Assembly (NCBI GenBank): GCA_013239625.1
Contig: MU056262.1
Coordinates: 9,462,134 to 9,526,133, forward strand
Length of the DNA: 64,000 nt
Source of the DNA: Lama guanicoe
Taxonomy: Eukaryota
Direction of reading: 5' to 3'
Of this stretch, positions 34,541 through 46,250 are shown in pieces. Each line of letters opens with the position of its first letter. The first letter of the stretch is position 1. The notes under the pieces were generated by a model, which was not told the DNA's origin, made no database searches, and was given only the letters and a program-made list of their open reading frames with translations. Both the position numbers and the translations under genes were made by a program.

Positions 34541-37500
34541 CAATAGAAGAAGGCTTCTGATTTGGCATTTAATCAGCCCATTTACTGAAAACAAACCTTC
34601 CTGATTGACAGCCCTCGGTTTCCCAGGAATATGGAGAGATCTACTGTCCAGAACAGACTCTCTTCAAAAAGATCTTCACTTTAAATGATAATAATGGTGC
34701 TCCTCTGCCCTGAATCCAAACCAGATGAGTCACTAACTCTTTCCTATGCCCTCAATGTATGGACTGAAAGATTGATTCCTGCTTTGTACCTGTGGTCCTC
34801 AGGAGTCTGAGGCATCAGGGAGCTGAGCCTTAAACCTTTAATTTTTAGTAGAAACACTTTCTGCTTAGACAAGAGGCTGTGGCTGGTGATATAGGTAGCA
34901 AGGTAACTCCGTAGACATGGGGAAGTAAATCCACTGGAAACTTCCGCCAGGGATTGGTGTATGGGGTTGGTTCCAGGGGTCAAGCAGGGCCTGCAGGGGA
35001 TGGGAGGAGGGAGACTTGAGGGTCCACTGAGGTGGACTGCAGGTTGAGGTGTAGTGAACAGCCTGTGCTTGATGCTCAGGGGTCAGAGCCAAGAGGCCAG
35101 GCGTGGTCAGGCTCTGCCAGGCTGTGCTGGCTGATGGGTGCCTGCCAGGGCTGGTCAGGGGCAGGGCCAGGGCCAGGGGCAGGGCAGCAGATGTCAAGCT
35201 GGGAGGCTGGGGGTGCCCGGCATCCATTCTCTGTAAGTCAGATGCAGCACTGAGACTGCTCGGGGTATTTCACAGCGAGGGCCCAAGAATTTCCAGAGGC
35301 AGAAACTTGCTTTCTAGGTGTGTATATTTGAATGTGGGGGTGTCCTCCTAGAGGGTATGGAGACAGAAGAGTGGTGGGTGGCAGGTGGAGCAAGCAGTGA
35401 GCAAGGGAGGGAGGTGAGGTGGGGCATCAGAGAGAGCTGAGGTTAGGCACTAGGGAGGCAGATTCACTCAGGAAATCCTGCGGGCTAGGCTGTGCCTTTG
35501 ATTGCCACAGTGACTGCCACAGGAGGAGACACCGGGGGAGGAGCAGCTGTGGAAAATGGGCCTGAGAGGAGGATCCAATGCATTCAGTTAGAGTTCATCC
35601 CTAGTTGGGTTTGCTTAACTTAAATACCTAGAATGTCCACTTAGCATCCCACGTCCACCACGCAGACCAGACTAGCCCAGAGTCTCAGAGTAATAAGAGC
35701 TCGCCCGTGCTGGCTGCATTCTGCGAGGGCTGACCCTCTGGCTGGCTGAGGGTCTGGGCAGCCACCCAGCTTGAAGCTATCTGCACCACCCCCACTGCCA
35801 GGCAGAAGGTGGACAGGGTGTCTCACCAGACTTTCTGGTAAAGTTTTGGAAAGAAAATCTCCAGAACAGAGGTAAGCACCAATGAGAAAACAGTCTATGC
35901 AGTTTCAACCAGATTTGCTTTGAGAAAGAGGCTCAGCAGGAGTCTTAAGCTGCTTGATCCTCATCTGTCCCTCAGCTCTCTGCCCCATGGTCCTGGGCGA
36001 CCATCCTTCTTGTTCCCTTCCTATCTTTGGATTGCTTGCTATTTCTCAGAGCCCCTTGTCCCCTCTTCTCTGGCCCGCCCCCGAGGAGCCAGACCTTCCC
36101 CTGCCTCTTCTCTTGATTGATCTTTCATGGTTCACCTGTTCCCAGGTGACAGCTAGCCCAGGTGTCTCTCCTGATCTCTGACCTCATGAATTGAACTGAC
36201 AGCTCTCCACTTTCTCCTAAAAGTTTATCATTCCTCTTCCTCTACTTCTCTAATACCAGCTCTGTCTCCTGTGTTCTCCTCGGACCCTGGACCTCTTCCA
36301 TACCCCATTTCCTCTCACCAGCCGAGGGTTCTGCCTCCCTAACCCTCTGCATCCATTCCCATGGCCATGCCTAGTTCAAACCTCGCCCTCTGTCACCTAG
36401 GCACTGCAACAGCCATCATCTGGTCTCCCTGCAACTGGCCTCCCCTCCTCTTGTCCACATGGTAGCTGCTGGCATCTTTCTAAACTACACATCGGACCAC
36501 ATTGCTCCCCTGCCAAACTCTTCAGTGCCCTTGCTGACCCCAAGAAGATGCACCTGGTAGGGAAGGACAGGAAAGGGGAGGCAAGGCCCAAGAGCCTGAT
36601 AGCTCTGTGTCGCCTCCTACTGTTGGAGTCCCAGGGGCCCTTGACCTGCACAGTTCCCCACCACCCCCTTCTAGCCCTCCATGCCTTTCCTGAGGTTGTT
36701 TCCTCATCTGTGTGAAGGGATGAGGCCTCAGCAGAGGTGCTCAGGGTATGAAAGTCACAGTGATGGTCTCTTCAAACCTCAGCCAGTCCCCTCTCTGTGG
36801 CCCCAGGGGTAACTAGAGACCTTTGACCCAGCTCACATGGGCCATTACTCTCTTGAGAGCTGGCAGTTTCTATGCATTAATTGCACATTTGCAGTCTCCA
36901 CACCAGAAAGATGACCAAACTCCCACACTTTCAGATTTACTATGCTAGACACAGAACTGAGAGAGAGGAGGCTTGAGCAAAGTTGGCGCATCCCTCAAAA
37001 CAAAGCGAGGGAGGACCTCATGTGTGTGGCCCTATGGGGTGTCTGCAGGAACAAAGGTCCTGCCCACCTGGCTGACACCAGCAGCCTTGAAACTCACTTA
37101 CCCTCTTCAACCTCCAGTCCCGGGGGGGGGGGGCATGTGGGTTCTGTTTTTCTTTTGCAGGTACTCAGTATTTTATCCCATCATCTGGCCCTACCTGTGT
37201 GTTGAACATGGTAGGCAGATAATAGGAACCCCTAAAGACTGACTGACAAGTGTCAGCCCTGCCCCCTGCAGACCTGGAGTCCAGCTAGGGCAGCTTCAGC
37301 AATCCAGCTCATCTGGGACCACTGCGGCCGGCTCAGAACCTCAAACTCATTTCCTCCCTCCCTTCCACTCTCTCTGTGAGGTGGGGCTCAGCTAAGAGCC
37401 AGTTTGTGGCAAAGACATGAGGGACACTAGAAATGAGCCTCAGAAAGACACAACTAACAGATCCACCTCTTGGGACATCTGAGCAGATGTTGCACAGCAC

Positions 37501-37569
37501 ACACCTCATAGAATGTGCTCTTGACATCGATGGTGCATTTACACTGTACAGCCACCCCAAGCAGCTACT

Positions 37570-37660
37570 GTTGGCCCCATTTACAGATGAGAAAACTGAG
37601 ACTCAGAAGAGTACAGGACAGTCCTTGAGAGATGTGGCACTGTCACCGGAACCCAATCTT
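37570..37660 (-). mobile_element. MIR fragment
   Basis: cccatttacagatgagaaaactgagactcaga core. Confidence 0.6.
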
Positions 37661-38292
37661 CCTTTCCTCTCTACCTTTCTCACCTAGGTTGATTACAAGT
37701 GCTATGCAAATATATTCAAAACATTGAAATGAGCACTATCCAGCACCAAGCCCCCCTACCTCCAGGACAAGTTCCCCACACTATCCCCCTTGTCCTGCTT
37801 GTTCTTGCCCCTCATTTTCCACAAAACAAGATCCTCACCCTTTCTTTCCAGTCCCTGAAAGTTACATTTGTCACCCACTCCCATGGTGCCCTTGTGAAGA
37901 CCCCCAGTAGTCTCCCTCCCTCCCTGTGGACTGCTGACCTCATCCAGCTCCTCTTTTCTCTTTTGTTTTTCCATCCAGTCACCATCACCTAGGATCCCCA
38001 AATCTCCCTACCTCCAGCTTGGTGACCTCCCCAGAAACCATGAAAACATTTAATTTGCCAATATTTGGGAGGGGGCAGCTTCTTAGAATGGTCTTGCTGT
38101 CCTGGCTCCTGGACTGAGGTTCTCAGCTGTCAGGGGAATCATTGTGTTTCTGGTTTCTACTTTTATTCCAGTAGTTTGAATTAGTCTTTTGGGGATGGAT
38201 TCAAGATTAGGAATTATGAGGTAAACTTTAAAGCTTCTGATCATGTTGCCAAACTGCTTTTCCACCAAGGTTGTTTGAGAGTGCTTGTTTCA

Positions 38293-38401
38293 GGTGGAGG
38301 GTATAGCTCAAGTGGTAGAGCACGTGCTTAGCATGCATGAGGTCGTGGGTTCACTCCCCAATACCTCCTCCTCATTGAAAAAAAAAACCAAACCAAAAAA
38401 C
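38293..38401 (+). mobile_element. tRNA-derived SINE (camelid vic-1-like) with A-tail, inserted in an old L1 relic
   Basis: A box TAGCTCAAGTGG, B box GGTTCACTCCC, A-rich tail; 15-bp TSD agagtgcttgtttca (38278-38292) / agaatgcctgtttca (38402-38416), 2 mismatches. Confidence 0.85.
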
Positions 38402-38833
38402 AGAATGCCTGTTTCATAGCAGCATTACCAGCTCTGGGATTTAGCATTAAAAATAAAAATTTATAATAGTTTAATGGGTAAAGATATCTGATTACATTTT
38501 CCAAGATATCTAAATTATATTCCATTTTTGAGACTTGCTACTTCAATCCTTTTCCTCCTTTTTGAAGGAGTTTGTATTTTCTCCATGGATTTGGGTGTGT
38601 CAGACATACCCCCCTCCGCTGGCATTGAACTACATTAGGGCGGGCTCGGAATAGGACTAAACTGCCTGCCCCAGATTTATGACCCCAGAGTTGTGTTTTC
38701 AAACTTATTAATCAAGCAGCAGAACCTTTTCTCAAACTATCTCACCCAGCACCTCTTTATATAAAACATTAATAGACAGCCTATGAGGAGAAGCCTGGAA
38801 CCCCCCCGCCCCTTCCAGAAGTCCCTGTCCTAC

Positions 38834-38901
38834 CTGAGGAAGGGTCGCTGGGACCTTCTTGTTCTGTCTGAAGAGGGAGCACACAATGCAGAGTCAAGGA
38901 C
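38834..38901 (-). other. SMPD3: Candidate SMPD3 non-coding 5'UTR exon (probable exon 2), 68 nt, no ATG
   Basis: ctcatttcctttcag|GTC acceptor with branch-like ctcat, CAG|gtagga donor; ~13 kb upstream of the coding exon, similar in size and spacing to the human non-coding exon 2 as I recall it. Confidence 0.55.
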
Positions 38902-38999
38902 CTGAAAGGAAATGAGCGGTTCACAGAGGTGTATGGAACTCCACAGCCCCTGAGCAGCTCAGTGCAGGTGAGCCAGGTACAAAGACCAAAGGGCCCCAC

Positions 39000-40100
39000 C
39001 TGCGCTGGAGGCACTGCCACACCCTCGACGTCGCCAAGGAGAGGGGGTGGGCCCGGCTGTCCCCACGAAGCTCAGCCAGAGGGGGTGGGGGCGGAGGTTT
39101 GTGCGACAAATCTAGAGAAGCCCGAGGAGTAGGAGGATTGACAGGTGGGGAGGACTCCGCGGGTGGGAGGCATGAGGCTTCCATGTGGACCCCTGGACCC
39201 AGGCCAGGCCGGAGAAGTGCGGGGTCCGGGGGCGGAGAGAAGCGAATTCAGAGCTCCAGCAGCGGGGCCTGGGTTTGATCTGATAGGCGAAGCTAGAACA
39301 ATCGGAGCTCTCCAGGAGCTTTGTGTGATCTCAGCCTTACAAAGGTACCTGGGGGTGGGGGAGAGCTGAACCCAGACCCGGAAAGAGGGCCAGTGGCTAC
39401 CAAGACGGGGGTGAGGTGCGGGGAGGAAGCCGCGTTGAGAGGAAGAACTGAGGGATTTTGCTGCAGATAAGGAGTAGGGATAGACAGATCGGCGAGGGGA
39501 GACTGAGCGGGGACACTTCGTGAACTCGGTGGGGTCTTCGGAGGGGAGGTTTGGGAGGACACCCGTGTGAGCGGTGATCTTTGGACACCAAGGCACCGGT
39601 TCCCCACATTCCTTTCTAACCCAGTCCCAGGATCCGCTGGCCCAGACACTCACTCTCCTGCCTGGGGTCTTAGGTCCGGTCTCTCTCTGGCCCCGCCCTT
39701 CTGGCCCCGCCCCCGGCCTCAGGTGCTGGACCCGCCTCCGATTTCTGGTCCGGGTCCCTGGGCCTCAGTCACTGCCGGGCCCCGCCTCCTGAAACCTGGC
39801 CCCAGGCAGCTCTTTGGCCACTTCGCCTGGCCTCAGACAAAGTCCTGCTCTTTAGTCCCGCCTTCCAGTCCCCAGACCCACCCCCGACTTTGCAGCCGAA
39901 TCCTCCGGGCTTGGCCCCGCCCCCTGGACTCAGGTCCAGGAAGTTCAGCCCCCCACCCCCAACCCCGTCTCTGCGCAGCCCATGACGAGCTCGTCGGCCC
40001 TCCACCTTCTCAAACCAGTTCTGCTGCCGGCCCAAAGCCCTTTTTTTTACCACCCTCACACTCCACGCAGGGTGACCGTTACTCCCCAGTGCCAATCTGG
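39000..40100. promoter_or_regulatory. CpG-enriched GC-rich island with clustered GC boxes (ggccccgccc) in the SMPD3 5' intronic region
   Basis: Visible CpG retention relative to flanks; repeated CCCGCC motifs at ~39690-39925. Confidence 0.6.
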
Positions 40101-40665
40101 ACCAGCCCATGTCCTCTATATACACTTATTTTGCAAATCACCCAAACTAAGCATTTCAGAATGATCTGAAATTTGAGTCCCAAGGGCTCTGTCCCGAAGC
40201 CAAAGATGTTGTGGAAGAGTTGAGAAGGAGTGTCCTCACTTGGGAAACAGTTGGCACCCTCCTGATCAGGAATCCACTAGAAAAGCTCCAGTGAGACAAG
40301 GGTTCTAGTCGGCTGAAAGGTCTTGGGCAAGTCACTGAACCTCTGAACCTCAGATGCTCTCTCCCCTGTACCACTGAGGGTCACTACAGGGTCTTGGATG
40401 GCCATGGCCAGGGCCAAATGAGTACAGATCAGAGTGGGAAGAAGGAAGCCAGAGCCCGTAGGTCCTCGGTCTACATGCTGTACCTGAGGGGGCTTGTTTC
40501 CATGGGGACACCATGCTTTATTTCCTCTGAGTTAAGGTTCTGGCAGGCATCCCTCCCCACCCATAGCCTGGGGAGTCCAAACTGCTGAGAGGTCAGAGGG
40601 TGGCCTGCTGTCCTAGCCTCCAGGGCAGGCCTAGTCCCCTGTGCCTGGGACGCCTGCCTCCTCAC

Positions 40666-40752
40666 CCTCAGTAAGCTGACAACCTGTATTCACAGTTGTC
40701 CTTCACTCTCTTGGTGGCTGACCTGCCTCCTGGACCACAGGCTGGCAAGCAT
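40666..40752 (-). other. Candidate additional SMPD3 non-coding exon, 87 nt
   Basis: cttcttttatggtcactttcag|ATG acceptor, AGG|gtgagg donor; splice signals only. Confidence 0.35.
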
Positions 40753-42261
40753 CTGAAAGTGACCATAAAAGAAGCAGGCCTCTCTGGGGCTGTCCCAGCC
40801 TGTGCAGCTCTCAGCCCCCACTTCCCTCTCCCAGAGTCCTCACCTCTCAATGAGAAATTTGCTAAGGAGGGTCTTTGTGCTCAGATATTCCCCAAACTAT
40901 CCTCAGCTGCATAGCCTCTCTTCCTAACAAACTCTTCTGGAAAATCCCCTGTGTGTTTTTTCAAAACAGAATTAAAGTCCAGGAACTAACTATTTAGGGA
41001 GGGGTTCCTGAGGGGAAATGGAATCTCTGCAACCTTGAGATAACAGGACCTTTCCTTTTCTCAAAAGAAAAGAAAAACTTGTCAGATCATTGATATTCTG
41101 AGCCAGACCTTGTTTTGAAATATGCTCTCCTCTGTCCTTTAACAAACTACAGCCTTTCTCCCTTTTGAAAATAAGATCACATCAAATCAGGGATTAGAAA
41201 TGGGAAAATTCAATCAGAGCCTCCCTCTGCCAGTTACACGTCTCAATACACTCCCAGGCGAGCAGAATCAGCTCCCGCTACAACCCAGCTCAGCATCATC
41301 ATTCAACACGCACCGGTAGGAAATGGTGAAACAGAAGGACCTTTCATCCCGAGTGAGCGAGGCCTGCAGCACTGCTCTTCTAGCTCTGGAAGCTGGCGGT
41401 GTCCCGGACCAGTGGAGTCTGGGCCTGTTGTTTAAATAGGCAGTGGGAGGGGGCAGGGCTGGCCGGGGGGGCGGGCATGGAAAGTGGGCCGTTTACCCAG
41501 CACAGCAAGGCAGTGTCCACCGAGCCAGCAGTGGTCCTAAGCATGTGCCTGCCTGCTTGTCCGCTGTGAGCCTCAAGCCCACAGGCCCCTAGACCACAGA
41601 CCAGCACCTGGGATGACCCTGATGGACGTGCAACTCTAAGCGAGACCACATGCTCAGATGCATGGAGCTTGGTGCCGGTACCTGGATGCCTCTACCTGTC
41701 TTGAGGCATAGCCTGGGCAGCAGAACCAGCTATGGAGTTAGACAGACCTGCTCCCTAGACCAGTAGGTAGTGGCTCCAAGCAAGGCGTCTCTCCGAGCCT
41801 GTTTCTAGTTTCTTGAAATAAGGATAATAACACCTACTTCATAGGTCCAGAAATAATGTTTGCAAAGGGCCTCTCACCCAGGAGGTTGATTTTACTTATC
41901 CACATGGTGATGCTAGGGTCAGGTACCTTTAACAAGGTTTAAGCCCAAAGAGGTTTGGTAACATACATAGAGTCACACAGCCCTCCAGCTGAGTGTCAGG
42001 GTCAGACTTCATGCAGACCTGAGACTCAGGTGAGTTGACAGAAGCCTCTTGAGGTGAGGGTGAGGAGCCATTGCTGGCCTTGGGGTAAGGTCTTGACTGA
42101 ACTCTGGAGTTACCCCTAGATCCCCAATACCAAGGCAAGGGAAGAGGCATGGCTAGACAGGCATGCTGAGATGGCCTGTCTGTGCATTTGGTTGGGACCT
42201 TGCAGTGGGGTGCAGAAGTACCCTAGAGTAACTACTAGGGATGGCTGGTAAAAGGAGCTGC

Positions 42262-42621
42262 CCCCACACTCTTGCTAATTCATATATTGAAACCCTAATC
42301 CCCCCAGTGTGGCTGTATATATAAATGGGGCCTTTATGGAAGTAATTTAGATTACATGAGGTGATACGGGTGGGGCCCAATCCAATAGGATTAATGTCCT
42401 TATAAGAAAGACATCAGAGAGCTCCCACCACCTCCCACATTCATCGAGGAAAGACCATGTGAGGGTTGCAAGCCAGGAAGAGAGACCTCTGTAGAAACCG
42501 AATCAGTCAGAACCTTGATCTTGGACTTCTGGCCTCCAGAACTGTTAAAAAAGTTAATTTCGTTTGTTTACGCCACCCAGTCTGTGATATTTTGTTACGG
42601 CAGCCCTCACAAATTAATACA
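42262..42621 (+). mobile_element. MLT1A/B-like MaLR solo LTR
   Basis: ttcatatattgaaaccctaatcccc...cttgatcttggacttctggcctccagaactgt...ttgttacggcagccc...taataca. Confidence 0.8.
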
Positions 42622-45600
42622 AATGAATGGGATTAAGGGGTTGCTGGGGAGCATGAAAAAGGACCATGAGTGAATTCAGAGGTTTCCAATTCAGGCAATA
42701 GTATGGGCACTGAAGTCATGCACTGGCCAGGGGTCAGGTTGGGGAAAGCAGGGTGATGGTTTATTGAGGGACATTTGCGTGGGTGTGACCACGTGACAGC
42801 AGGATATTCAGATCCAGAAGTCAGAGAAGTCTGGGCTGGAGCAGGATTTGTACATTATTAGGAGTGACTAAATTTCGTCAGATCACTTACTATTTTTTTT
42901 TCAGTTGGTCCATTCTCATTCCAGTGTCTTTTATATCAGCTTTTGTCTTTCTGTAAAAAGGCAGACATTCTCCTTTGCTTTTAAAGAGTATAATTGTGCA
43001 CAGATTCTCCCCAATCTTTAAATGGCTTTGTTTCCTCCTACTTGTACAGAGCAAGTCTTGAGGAACATAACTGATGTGTGGTAAGAATACACGTGTGGTT
43101 AGAATTGCACATTTTTTCCCGAGGTTCATCTTTACTCTTGTGATACCAGTTCTCATGTCATTCTTGTCATTCCAATTTCAAAAGAGCATATCTCCCTTCA
43201 CTTCAGCTTGCCAGATAATTTATCATTCAGAAATTTAACTAGCAAATGTTTATTTCTTTCTGATGTTTATTTCCCTGAGAGTCAAACTCGAAAGGCACAG
43301 TGTGTGTACTTTAGTTCTAGGCCGAGCTGTCTTTTTTGCCTCTGGAAACTTTTCTTGTATTATTTCTTTCCAGATGTTTCCCTCATCATATGCCTCTTCC
43401 CACTCACCTCTCTTTCTCCTGTTTTAGGACTGTGACACCATTTCCCATTTTCCAAATCATTTGCATCTTTGTTTGTTTTGTGTCTCTGTTTCTGGTTTGA
43501 TGTTTTATTTTATTGTCAACATCACTGCTTTCTTTTTTCTGTTGTTTCAGTTATACAAACTACCACTTGCAGATGTATTTCAATTCTTTCAGTCATGGAA
43601 TTACAGGCACTTTTGTTGTTGTTCTGATCTGTTCCTGTTAGTAATCTTTTGGTCATTTATTTCTTTCAAAGTAGTTATTACTTAGTACACCTTACTTGTT
43701 CTTGAGGCTTTGCAGATTCTGTCATGTAAAAACCAAATTAATTGACATTTCCTGAGGGCCTACTGTGTGCAGACACTGCTACTTGTATTTAGTGCTGTGG
43801 CAGGTGCTTCCCTTCCAAGTTTAGAATTCTGCAGTCAGAACTGCTTTGAGGGAGGTTCTGATTAAGATTTATTCCATCTTGTTCCAAAAGAGATTCAAGA
43901 TGACTTAAACTGTGTTCTATGAACAGAATGATAAGACTCTTTTTTTTTTTTTAAAAAGCAGTGAGAGAATTAGGGCCAAGGGAAAAAAAGGTAGAAAAAA
44001 CACGAAGTAGCCAAGCAGAGACAGGGAGATGGAGTGAGGAGGGGAGGGCCTCTTGACTCTCACAGTTGGCACAAGTGGGCACAAAGGGAATGTGTTTTAA
44101 GACTGAGACCTGTCCTTTTCATTTTTGTTGGTGGTGTTGAAATGACCCTTTGTTTTAAGTTCTTGCTTAAATGGCTGTAGCATGGAAGGAGCTCCCATGG
44201 TGCAACTCACTCTGCAACCCCCTAGGGTGGGAAACGCTTTTTTATCTTTTTCTCAATAGAGATAGAATTGGAAAGAAACAGAGGTGAGATACACTCATGA
44301 AGTGTGGGCGGCTGCATGTAAACACTGAAACAGTCGCCTCCTGCTCCTCTTCCAAAAGTCAGTATTGATTGAGCAAGTAATTAGCTGTGTATTTCCTGTG
44401 CTCTGAATCAGATCATTTCCCTGTTTTGGGGTGGCAAGTGTAATCAGGGAGAGAGGAAGTCTTCTCAGGGGCTCTCTGTTCCCATAGAACTCCAGAGTGG
44501 CCTCATTTCACACCTCTCAGGAAAACAGTTTTCCGAGTGACAGATTGATTGGTGTATGGGTGGTTACCAAAAAAGATTCTACTTTATTAGCTGTTTGTCT
44601 TTTTTTTTTTAACTTTATCAAAATGTCATCTTCCTGGGGTTTAAGAATGTGCCCTCTGGCTTTGAGGGAAGATTTGCCGATCCACAAGTGAAGAGCTGTC
44701 ATGTCAGGGTCTCACTCAAGCCCTTGAGTGATGAGCTCAGCCAAGGCTGCCCAGCCTGAGGTGCTCTCTCAGCGGGGTGGAGGGAACCCAGGGGTAGGCA
44801 GGCACCAAAGGGATGTTGCCAAGCCTCATCCTGGTGCCTGAACTGTCTTTTTTTTTTTTTTCTTAGATATATCAAGGAAAAATCAGAATCTCAAGATTCA
44901 CGTACATGAATTCTCATGTTTAGGTAGGTTTGCTTTTCTGTTTGAGGAGGGAACAGAAAACACTCCACTTACTCATTTTTAAAATTAAATACAAGGAAAT
45001 ATATTAAACAATTAAAAACGATTTGGTTTCCTATTGGTGGCAGTTAAAGAAGAGAGAAAGACAGAGGGGAGGTTGAAAGCAGTAGAGGGAAGGCAGGGGC
45101 CAGAGTCCCGTCCCCAGGGACCAGCCCTGACCTCCCTGCTCCAGCTCCAGTGCTCCCAGGCAGACGATCTGTCCTTGGCCCCTTCTTCACCCTCAACTTG
45201 TCCTATCCAGACCCAATAGGACACTCCCAGCTCTTCAGTCCATTTCTGGTCCCTGGTCCCGCTTCCTTCCCCTCTGGTCTCCTCATTTCTTGCCTGCAGG
45301 GTTGCACAGCCACCCAGCCTGCATGTGGCCACTTCCATCATGCTCCATGTCCAAGCCTGTGATTCCCACCACAAGCAGCTCTAAGTTCTTTTGGCCCTTG
45401 CCCAGCATCTCCAGATCTTCCTCCATGCACAGAACAAATCCTCCTACCTTGCCTGCTGGGGGCCCTTGGTGATGGGGCCCTGCCTTCCTCAGTCTCACTT
45501 CTGACTTTTTCTTCCTCCCACTGATTCATTCTGATGGCCTTAACCTCTAGCTTTCCTCTTTCCTGGAACATGCCATGCTCTTTCACGCCTCCGTGCTTTT

Positions 45601-46039
45601 GCACATGCTGTCCCCTGTGTCTGAAACATTCTCTCTGGTTGATCCACCTGGCAACCGGCCTCTAAGGCTCAGCTCCACAGCTGTCAAGCCCCTCCCTTCA
45701 ATCATACACCCACTGGGCTTTGTGCTGGCAGCCCAAAGCCCACCTGCGCCGAGCACAGAGCCTAGTCCCTGAGAGGCACTCAGGGAACCTTGGTTGAATT
45801 AATAAAATGGTTTCTAGCCAGGCCAGAGCATCAGTCATCAAAAGTTTCAGTTCCTTCTGTACATATCAGGTGGCACAGCAGGAGTTATAAGAAAACTGCT
45901 CCCAACTCTTTGAACTAGTGCGTCAGTGAGGCTGCCTTGTGTTAAAGGAGATATACAAAAATGTAGTCTTAAAGGTGAAAAGACTTGTGTGAACTCACGT
46001 ATGTTGTGGTAGCCCCTGCAGCTGGCTGAGATCGTCACT

Positions 46040-46250
46040 ATCATCATTAGCGTTTTGGGGGCACCTGTTGTGTGCCAGAAACTGTGCTAAGAGTGTTGCT
46101 TGCAGAACCTCTTGTTTAATTCTCTAGACAGCCTGGGGAATTTGGGCATTATTGTTCCCGTTGTCAGAGAGGGTAACTGAGGCTTGGGAAGGTTAAGCGA
46201 TTTGCCCAAGTCATACAGCTAGAGAGTGGTAGAGCCTAGACTCTGTGGAG
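46040..46250 (-). mobile_element. MIR
   Basis: tgtgccagaaactgtgctaag...taactgaggcttgggaaggttaagcgatttgcccaagtcatacagcta. Confidence 0.7.

Noticed and set aside
38293-38370. Apparent tRNA gene
   Set aside because: A-tail, TSD and imperfect stems mark it as a tRNA-derived SINE
39072-40169. 193-aa and 200-aa ORFs on opposite strands
   Set aside because: Pro/Ser/Gly-rich frames expected from stop-poor GC-rich DNA; no homology recognised
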